The notes beneath the pieces are model-generated. The model made no database searches and was not told the origin of the DNA. It saw only the letters and a list, made by a program, of their open reading frames with translations. 64,000 nt of DNA from Balanoglossus misakiensis (lineage: Eukaryota; Animalia; Hemichordata). Both the position numbers and the translations under genes were made by a program. Below are positions 1-9,143 of the stretch, piece by piece. Position 1 is the first letter of the stretch; every line of letters begins with the position of its first letter. The stretch covers positions 5,816,301 to 5,880,300 of the forward strand of contig CM082577.2 of the NCBI GenBank assembly GCA_040954595.2, written 5' to 3'.

Positions 1-2916
1 AACTCCCCCAAACAATTGCTCGACTGGACAACCTGACAATTCTGCGTGTTTCCGGAAACCAGCTAAAACATCTTCCAGTGACGATCGGCGAACTGAGTCA
101 CCTTCGAGAGCTGTATGCAGACGAGAATCTTCTCTGTACACTCCCTGGTTCCGTGTGTCAGCTTGAGAGACTCCAACGACTGTACCTGCTGGGCAATCGA
201 TTGTCTGAGCTTCCGGACGACTTTGGCAACCTCTGCGCCTTAGAAGAGTTGCAGCTGGACGAAAATAAACTTCAGCACCTTCCGGCTCGTTTCGGTCTCT
301 TGAAGAGCCTGCAGTCACTCGAGGTTGCTGACAACAAGTTGAAAAATCTCCCCACAAATTTTGGATATCTCAGCAGTCTGCAAATTTTGAATGTGTCCAA
401 TAACAAACTAAAAGACCTGCCCGACTCCTTTGGCAAACTGTCAACTTTGCAGAGCTTCGATATATCGTCGAATGACATCCAAGTCCTGCCGGATAAATTT
501 AATTCGGCGCCAGTACTTGAGAAATTTTACGCCGAAAACAACCTGCTTCAAAGTCTGCCTGAGTGGATCGGTGAAATGGAAAACATCATCGAACTGAGTT
601 TCAGGAATAATAAGCTGAAAAAGTCTCCCCTGAGCCAGTCATTCCCGACGACCAGCGGGAAGTCGCTTCTGTTCCTGGATCTGGCTGGAAATTCCATCCT
701 GTCTCTGCCGGAGAAGTTGGGCGATCTGAAAAACCTGAAGCACCTGGACCTGGGCAGTCCCATCGACGAGCTGGAGAGGAGAAACTTCCAGAACGGGAAC
801 TGGTTGCCGGAACTTCCCGTTACCTTCGGACTCCTCGAGAGACTCGTCAGACTGGTTGCCAACGAGAACCAGCTGACGCATCTGCCGGAGAACTTCGGGC
901 GGCTCGCGTGCCTGGAATACCTGGATGTGAGTCAGAATCAGATCCACGAGCTGCCGGAATCCTTCTGCAATCTGGCCTCCCTGAAGGTCTGCTTGATCTC
1001 CAAGAACCACCTGGAGCTGCTTCCAAGCGACTTCGGAAATCTGAGCAACCTGGAGGACTTCCGCGCCGACAACAACCAGCTGGCCGAGCTGCCTCGGAGT
1101 TTCTCCAAGCTGACCAAACTGACCACGTTGGATCTTTTCAACAACGAACTGACCGCTGTTCCAGAGGCACTGGGCTGTCTGAAAAACCTAACAAGGCTTG
1201 ACATAGATGGTGTAGGTATTGCTCTTCAATAAAGTTGTACAATAAACCCCCTCCAAATTTTGATCTGGTGTAATGAACAGACCAAGATGCCATCTATGCA
1301 TATACTCTCATGACCCCTGACCTTCATCAGTTGACCCATCACCCTCACCTGTTTGGCTGGCCCTCACTTTTGTTTTATACCAATTTCAGAACAAGCTCAA
1401 GGTACCAGCTGCCAAGGTCCCTCACATTGTCAGGTCGGCAAATTATCCAGAACGAGATCCTTCGTTGAAGGACAACTGGCGAGGAAGACCTAGACAGGAT
1501 CTGATCAAAACAAATATCATCAAGGTAAAAATAACAAGAGTGTAATGTCCCATATCAAGATATGATAAAGGGTTAGCCTGAAATATACATATACTTGTAT
1601 ACATATTTTTAAGGCCATTCTTCATTTTAACAGACACCTTTATTTCTTTAAAAAACAAACGTTTGTTCAAAGAAAAAATTATATTAGCAAAGCATTCAAA
1701 GTGCAGTGCTGTCTAGTCCAAAGTAAATTCTCATGAATCTTAATAAGAGAATAATATTGTATCAGAATCTGGATGCTTACAATTACACAAAGATAAATGT
1801 TCAGTTTAGGGAGTTACATTGGCTTATATCATTCTGTCTTAATAAAACATGATCGAGGTTAGGTTTCCCAATTGATTTCCAGGTACACACTGATGATAAC
1901 AAGGACGCAGAGGAGGAGGAGGAGGAGGGAGAGCAGGAGGAGGAGGTAGACGAGGAATTCCGGGAATGGAATTACGGTACCCTGTTGAATTCCATGAGGA
2001 ATAGCATGTCGCTATGGCGATCTCATAATGGGCCGGAGGAAAGAGAGAGCTACCCAACTACTGTTCCATCACAGCCTCAAGCACAATCACCACCACCACC
2101 ACCAAAGAAAGCCTATGAATTGTTTGATTTCTCTGTGTACAGTAGTGATGATGATGACGGTGGTAGTGATGGTGATGATGAGGGCAAGAAGGGGAATAAT
2201 AACACATCAGGTATAAAATAACATCTTAGAACCTTATTTTTAGTTTGAATGAACAACTTAAAAACAGTGTGATGTGTTTATTGTGATGTTCCTTAACAAC
2301 CAAGGGTAAACAATTCAGTTTGTTCCACAACCATGTGTGGACATGTCACTGAGTGCTGCCATCATCGTCTTTTCAGAATCACCGTCATCACCACCACTAC
2401 CAGCAACTTCTACATGTTCCGATCAAGGTAATGATCCCCGACCAGACAGTGATTCAGATGACGAGAACATGGAAGAAGAGAATTGGGAAAATGATCTGCT
2501 AGACTGTGGCAATCCTTATGGTAGGTATTACAAGTGTCAAGAGAGTATTGTTGGTGTTTCGAAAATAGTAAGCACACCCTGCCCCACATGATGAACCTGA
2601 CGTTCAGCAATCATGAAGCATTTGTCTTGTAAGCTGAAAGGCAATATTGGTAGTTTTAATACTTGGCCAGCATAAAAAAACTGTAGGCTGTATGTGTCAC
2701 TTTCTGGCATTCTGAATCACTGATTTGATGTTTGATCCACCGACAGATCCCAGTTCTGATGCCGCCTATCGACTTCCGCCTCGAACGAAACGAGGCGTGA
2801 GCCCGCTGCATTTCTGCTTCATACCAGCCAAGGAACACGCGCCGGACATTCCCGATTTCTACATCCCAGAGAAGCCGATTGATGGCCAGTTCGATGATGT
2901 TGGTGAAGATGAGTAG
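1..2916 (+). CDS. Leucine-rich repeat protein (SHOC2/LAP/PIRL-like 23-aa LRRs) with acidic disordered C-terminal tail; 5' end lies outside the window
   Basis: Frame is open from base 3 with repeated LxxLxLxxNxLxxLP units. Hand-spliced exons <1-1211, 1390-1524, 1883-2210, 2377-2520, 2747-2916 are all GT-AG and phase-consistent. The tail has poly-Glu, poly-Asp and Pro tracts and ends ...PIDGQFDDVGEDE*. Confidence 0.85.
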
Positions 2917-4077
2917 TCGAGTTGGTCGCGAGGGTAATGCGTGTAGCTCGTTGTGGACAACTTTACTCGTGCCTTCCAGAAGTGACCATATGGTAGCACA
3001 TGCTGATGAACATTGTTTGCCTTTAACATTGTAAACAAAATGTGTTGTGGGTGGGAAACCCAGACACAAGCAATGGCAAGAATAGTTTCCGTTGACAAAA
3101 ATTTTCCTGATTGTTTCAGTTTGCATTGAGAATAAAAATGGGTGTTCATGACACAGTATCTAAAGCTACTGTAGTGTCTTGCTGTAGTTTCTTGGATTGT
3201 GAAGGACCCTCACCCCCTCCCCCACACACACACAGACACATGCATCCATACATGCTCAGTACATACATATACATGTACATAACATGCAAGCATACATTGT
3301 ACATACATACACACAAATGCACCAACAATTAATAGAAACTCAAGATGTTTGAATAATTATCACCTTCCAGGTTTTACTTGATTTCAAACGAGGTAAATGT
3401 ACAGTATGCGAAATCAACAAATATTATCACCAAAAGGTATGTTAAAAGATGTTTCGACAAATATGTAGGTTGTATTTGAGGAAAATTAATACTGTTTGGA
3501 ACACCAATATGTTTGAGTCATAAACAACCTTGTTTGTGTGTTATCAACGTTTAAATCAGACTCCCTGTCATGTGCAAGACTTCTGCAAGTCATCAAAAAC
3601 AATCTGAAAATACATATTAGCTAAAAAGTACCAATCCTAAAAGTTTTTGAAATACATGTACCTTCTCTGCACTTAACAGAAATGTAAGAAATGTAAACTC
3701 ACTGCATTGGAATTGATAACGTCACCTGCATGAAGTGTCAGCCTTGTACAAAACTCATCCAGACTATGCACCCTGACCATGACCCTTATGAAATTTTTCG
3801 TCTATTTTTGTTGTCAAATTTGTAAAGATATGTCACATGAAACTGGAATGTTTGAAATCGTTAAATAGAATAAAATTACAGATAGGCTCTCTTGTATAGG
3901 TCGTCATTGTGCGTTTTAAAATGTATTTTCAAAGTTTTGAGTAATAAGCTCCTAAGATAAAACAAGGCGGTTTATTCCACAATTAAAAAATTCTCATTTC
4001 TTGTAAAAAAAAGTAATCTCCAATGTGCATATACTGCAAGAGTACACGCTCCATGTTCACAATAAACTTGTCAGACT

Positions 4078-5336
4078 CTAGATAGGAAACGGCAGTACCA
4101 TAGAGGGCACCCTCCCGAACCCTCTCAGAACAAGCCTATCAGCATGCACGTCGACGGTTGCGAACGCGCCAGAGTCGGGACTGGTCTCAATCACGCAATC
4201 CATGGTGATGTGGTGGACGCCGTGATCGTCTGTCACGTAACTGCCGCAGTGAGTGTGGCCTGCAAAGTAGGCTACCACACAGTCGTGTTGGTGAATGACG
4301 TCCAGCAGTTCGTCGTAGTTCCACTGTAGGCACATCGGGTCGTTGGCTGGCTCATAAACTGGGACGTGACCTGGAATGAGACATTTCAAACATCAATGTG
4401 TGAGCTCTACTGATTTTCAGTGAAATTTGTTACTGTGGAGTAAAATCAAAATGGGCTATTCCCATTGCAATTACTTTTGCAAAACAGTAAATGTGATCTG
4501 TTAATATTGAATTTTAGTATTACATACAGAAGGCATTATAAAGATGCTTTTGCTTTTTTATTTTACTTAATGGAGCAGCTGTTAAGTTGCCAAAACTCAC
4601 CAAGTAAGATCACTTTTTCTCCCTGGAGTGATGCACCACTCAGAACGCCATCCAGCCACTGTAACTGATGTGCCGACATTGCTCCGTTGAATGCGACAAA
4701 CCTCTTGTCGGAACCAACCAATCCCCTGTCCGAATTCATGTCCCTGTTGTTGTTCTTGGTCTTGATGATCTGCCAGGCTCGCACGAAGTCCGCGCTGTTC
4801 GCTTTGGAGCCCAGCACGGATATGTCGTAGTTGTCCAGCACTGCGAATCTGAATCCCTCGCAGGGGCTGAAGTCGTAGTACGGAATCCTGGCGCCGGTCG
4901 GCCCCGAGTAGAGTCCGCTGCTCAGCAGTTCGTCCTTGCTGAAATTGTAGAGCTCGTGGTTGCCCCAGACGTGATGCACGCTCCCCGAGAACTGCTTCAG
5001 GGCGTCCAGCACGGTGTTCAGAGCACACTCGGCCACCTCCTTGCTCCCCAGGGAGGAGTTCTTCCCGTCGATGATGTCGCCCAGTTGCGCCACGAACGAC
5101 ACCGCGTTGGCGTCCCGGTTCCACGAATCCACCGCCTTCCTCAGGAGGTCCAGGGAGCCTCGGTAGTACCGTACAGCAGTCTTGGTGAAATTGAAACTGT
5201 CCGGTATGTCCGCGTACTGGACGTCGGTGATCACTCCGAAGCTGAGGATGGGCTTGCTGGTTTTAGTGGCCATGGCAACGAATGCTCGCGACAGTCCTGA
5301 TTTCAGAAGGGAGATGATGGTGTCGCTGTTTGGCAT
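4078..5336 (-). CDS. ADPRM: Manganese-dependent ADP-ribose/CDP-alcohol diphosphatase (metallophosphoesterase)
   Basis: Motifs FGVITDVQYAD, QLGDIIDG, GNHELYNF, FNGAMS, GHVP and FAGHTH. Coding exons 5336 (or 5273)-4601 and 4370-4078, joined G|GT = ...LLGHVP; 342 or 321 aa. Acceptor at 5411/5410 and a probable non-coding first exon with donor at 6022. Confidence 0.93.
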
Positions 5337-6022
5337 AACCAGTAAGTTTTTCTTTCGTCTAAATCATGCCAATCTGCACCTGTTGATTGGGTGGGTGTCA
5401 ACTGGTAAACCTGAAAAAATTAGATGAAACAGTTTAACATCCGAAATGCTTTAATTAAAGTTCGGTGCTTAATGCCAAACACTGTGACCTTCAAGATTTG
5501 TTGTTCAATTAAAAAAAAATTAAACATAATTTGTCATCATTGACATGATCCCGTATAGAAATTTGAAATGTTTACCCCAACTGTGTTTTTGAACAAATGC
5601 CCTACCTTGAACCATACCAAATGTACTATGGAATCCATCAAAGGATACATGCAGACATTTTTTTGCATAAATCAAATGATAACAGAAAATCAAAATATTT
5701 ACGTGTCCTTTGATCTAATACACTACCTTGAACATTTCACTTTTGATCGTAATCAGTGTTTTTATTTTTATTTTTGGGAGACATTGGAAAATATGCTGAA
5801 ATGGAAACTTCTATCCATATCCCCCTTCCAACATCAGATTGCTTTAATAGTACGTTAAGCCAGGGGAACTTTGGTATAATGATAATGCTGTCACTGATGA
5901 CACCCGTAACCCCCCCCCCCCCCTCTTTCACCTATACATGTATTTGATAGCCATCTTCAACATGGTGATCGACTGACAAGTACGATCTCAAGTGAACAGT
6001 GAGCACCTATGAAATACCTTAC

Positions 6023-6469
6023 CTGTACAATGCATGATACATGTGGTGAGGCACTGGTTGCATCGAAAACAAGTATATTGTTTCTAGCAGATGTTATGAT
6101 GACGGTTCCTTCGCAAGCACGTTCACATCGTCACCAACGTATAGACTGATACAAGAGACGATGCGATCAGCTGGCTGGCTGACGGAATTCGGAACGGGGG
6201 TGTCACACTCATTCAATCATGTGACCCACTGACCGAGTCGATCGCAGGTAGTTGTCGGCCTGCAAGGGGAATGGGGATGACTGGTTGCCAAAATAAAATA
6301 TTTAGAGGAATACAATGCATTCCCCTTCTTTTGCATCAAGCGGTAGTTATTTGTTTGGCTTTAGTCTGTCAGATATTGTCTTGTTTTGTTTCACTTTGCT
6401 TTGATTCAACCAACCGTCCTGGAATAAAATTGCAATCCGAATCCGAATCATTGGATAATCACTCTAAAA
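6023..6469. promoter_or_regulatory. Probable bidirectional promoter shared by ADPRM (-) and the GST gene (+)
   Basis: The putative ADPRM 5'-UTR splice donor (cag|gtaagg on the minus strand at 6022) and the GST ATG (6470) are head-to-head and about 450 bp apart. The interval is locally CpG-richer. Confidence 0.55.
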
Positions 6470-7846
6470 ATGATGGCTGACGTCGATGCGGAAGTTTTTA
6501 ATACGACCGCGATAGGGTTGTGTGCGGGTGTGATCGGAGGGGTTGCTCTCACTCTGGGAGGTGTTGCTGTAATAAAATATTACAGGCGAAAGTCAAGGAA
6601 GCCGAAAACCATGAAATTGTATCACAGTTTTCCTTTTCGATCGCTAAGATGTGCATGGCTAGTCAAAGGTGAGTGTGTATCTCATAACACTCCACATGCA
6701 CATCTGTGTTGACAAGTACATTTGTATCAGGTTTTTTAAACTTATGTTAGACTGAAATGCAATGTATTTGATATAGCAAGTAAAAATTCTGTACAGTAGA
6801 AGAATTGCAACGTTTTAGTTGATCTGCTCAAAATTAATACTCATTGTTGCCTCAGTTTGAGGACATCAATGTCAGTTGTGCTCTATCTACCTCTTTGTTT
6901 CAGAGCTTGGAATCGAAAGCGATGTTGAGATTGTCAAGTTGGATCTGCATGCTGAGAACACAGAGGAATTGGAGGAATACCGGAGGACGGTTCACCCACA
7001 CGGCACTCTGCCGGCTCTGCTGGTGGATGATAAGTTTACAATTCTAGAGTCTGGAGCCATCTGCATGTACTTGGCTGATCTGTACGGCAAGTTGGTACCC
7101 ATGAGGTTTGACAGGAAAGAATATTATAAGTGAGTAATAGTTCCTGGTGTTTTGTTGCGTCAGTGAGCGTGCGTGCGGGCATGTGTGTGTGTGTGTGTCT
7201 GTGTGTATGTGAAAGAGGGACAAATATTAAGGTTTTACAAGGTAATTGCATTTGAACTTCTTTTATCTGCCTTTAGTTGGATAGTGTACGCATCTTCAAC
7301 GATTGACGGCGTTCTGGAGCCTCTCTACATGGAGCTGACACACACTCCGGACGAACAGAAAAACCAAGCGCTGATTGACAGACAGCAGAAGAAATTTGAC
7401 GTGATTGCCAAACATTTGAACAGTGTGTTGGAGGACAGGCAGTGGATATGTGGTGACAGGTAAGAAAATGTCATTTAATAAAAAATGCATCATTTTCAGG
7501 GGGTGTCAAAGTTAAGCTTTGGAAGCTTTTCAAGGGAAATCATCAGGTGAGACTGATCAACTATGCGTCATCTTGAGCGATAACCAAATTTGTAAAGTTA
7601 ACAATGTAATAGGCAAAGGCACCCAGTATCCTTGTGTACCAGTATCCTTATCTCACCAGGCCTTCTCCCCTCTCCAGATTCACTGCAGCTGACTGTGTCA
7701 TTGGTTACGACATGTGGTGGGCAAGCGCCATTAAGAAAGGCGAACTTCTGCGGGAATATCCGGCGTTGGTGGCGTATTGCGACAGACTGAAGGAAAGACC
7801 AGCTCTAAAAGCGTGCATGCCAGCAAAACCTAAACCAGCCGAATGA
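6470..7846 (+). CDS. Glutathione S-transferase, GTT1-like class, with predicted N-terminal transmembrane signal-anchor
   Basis: Exons 6470-6668, 6904-7129, 7277-7459, 7678-7846 give 258 aa. GST-N motifs are MKLYHSFPFRSLRCAWLVKELG, HPHGTLPAL and ILESGAICMYLADLYG. The GST-C motif is WICGDRFTAAD...YCDRLKERPA. The N-terminus is IGLCAGVIGGVALTLGGVAVI followed by KYYRRK. Confidence 0.9.
7182..7210. repeat. (TG)n microsatellite in GST intron 2
   Basis: tgtgtgtgtgtgtgtgtctgtgtgtatgt seen directly. Confidence 0.8.
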
Positions 7847-8438
7847 TGACAAGAACAAATATTATTTGGAATAATTCACGCAATCATGCACATCTCTGCA
7901 GAGATTTGGGGGGTGTGTGCAAGCTCAACACTGCAGCATTTCCTAACCTTTGCATTTATTCTCAGTGGTAGCTTCATGTGTTTCTCGTGTTAAAGCCAAA
8001 ACTCTTGCATTTCAGAGTTTCTAAATACGAAAATCATGCAAGGCATTCAGTTTTCTCCTGCTGTAACAATCGAAACTTCATCCCAGAATCAGTGAAGTGC
8101 ATTCTGGGTGTCGTAGTATGTAGTGTATTCAACAAAGTGAGATTACAACATATGCTAAAAGAGGCTGCTCATGGGGTTTTAATTCAGAATTAAGTGTGTC
8201 AACTTGTAAAAAAAACTTATTTCAGGTTAATGTAATTTTGTTTATATTTGTAAAAAAAAAGAATTACGGGCTTTGAAAAAGCAATTAAATGTTATAAACA
8301 TATAACCATGTATTAAAGTTTTAATTCTGTTGTTTTGTGGAGATGGAATGGTTGCGATGGAGGCACTTTTGCAAATCTGTAGCTAAAATAAAGCCCAGCA
8401 AATTGCTATGGACGCTATGCTGGGAATGCCACGGGTTA

Positions 8439-8474
8439 AGGTCATGAACTTTGACCTGAGCGCCCTCAGTTGGC
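8439..8474. promoter_or_regulatory. ERCC6 proximal promoter motifs: composite nuclear-receptor element next to a CTCF-like motif
   Basis: AGGTCA-TGAACT-T-TGACCT (8439-8457), then gagcgccctcagttggc (reverse complement GCCAACTGAGGGCGCTC). It lies about 50 bp before a putative 5'-UTR splice donor aaag|gtaggt at 8525. Confidence 0.4.
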
Positions 8475-8917
8475 GACCGTAAGCTCAGCTCTGATCACTG
8501 AAATACACAATAGTCACGAGAAAGGTAGGTGCAGTGTTTCTTTCTTCACTTTAATTTCGCCTTAAAACAGGTGCCGGTGATGAACTTTGTACTCAGTGTC
8601 TCTCTATGTTATCTGAAAGTGTGGTCAACGTCGAACAAATTACGAACGCCTGCATTTATTCTTGGAATACTCCCCAGCTTACGTAAGCACTAAAATCTGC
8701 CGATTCGGCAAAAGACTGAATGAGTCACAAGTCAGGCAAATCATTCAATCGCACTAAAAACACTCATGACCTGCTACAGTCGAAGACGTTCCGTTGAATA
8801 CTCTTTCGATTGGTAGCCTGTATCGTCCAAGATCCACATATTTTTGGTATATATGATATAGACTATGTAACCACAAGTCCGCAATTCACTCAATCGAGCA
8901 GTCGTTCTGCCAAATGT

Positions 8918-9037
8918 TATGTGTACACAATTATTTGTACACACGGCCACTGCGACCGTGTAGTACAATGATGTGCACATCATGTACAACAATGTACAAC
9001 CTGGTCGCAGTGGCCGTGTGTACAATTGTGTACGCAT
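8918..9037. repeat. Nested inverted repeat / fold-back element in the putative ERCC6 5'-UTR intron
   Basis: Perfect 23-bp inverted repeat (8935-8957 and 9003-9025). Outer arms tatgtgtacacaatt / aattgtgtacgcata. Central 16-bp palindrome atgatgtgcacatcat at 8968-8983. Confidence 0.85.
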
Positions 9038-9143
9038 AAACTGTCTTTTTCTTCAATGTATGAATGACCATGTACAGCACCCACAGAAATGTTTCATTTG
9101 ACAAGGTTGTTCATTGACTGTTCTTGACATTAAAACTGTAGAA

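Noticed and set aside
272-1204. Several antisense and alternative-frame ORFs over the LRR exon
   Set aside because: Shadow ORFs caused by GC-rich codon usage in the real CDS; no recognisable domains.
2521-2591. Extension of LRR exon 4 to the gtaagc donor at 2568 or the stop at 2591
   Set aside because: Only the 2520/2521 donor is in phase with the terminal exon at 2747. The longer form is possible but unsupported.
4597-5300. 210-aa plus-strand and 175-aa alternative-frame ORFs overlapping ADPRM
   Set aside because: Shadows of a GC3-rich exon with no protein-like motifs.
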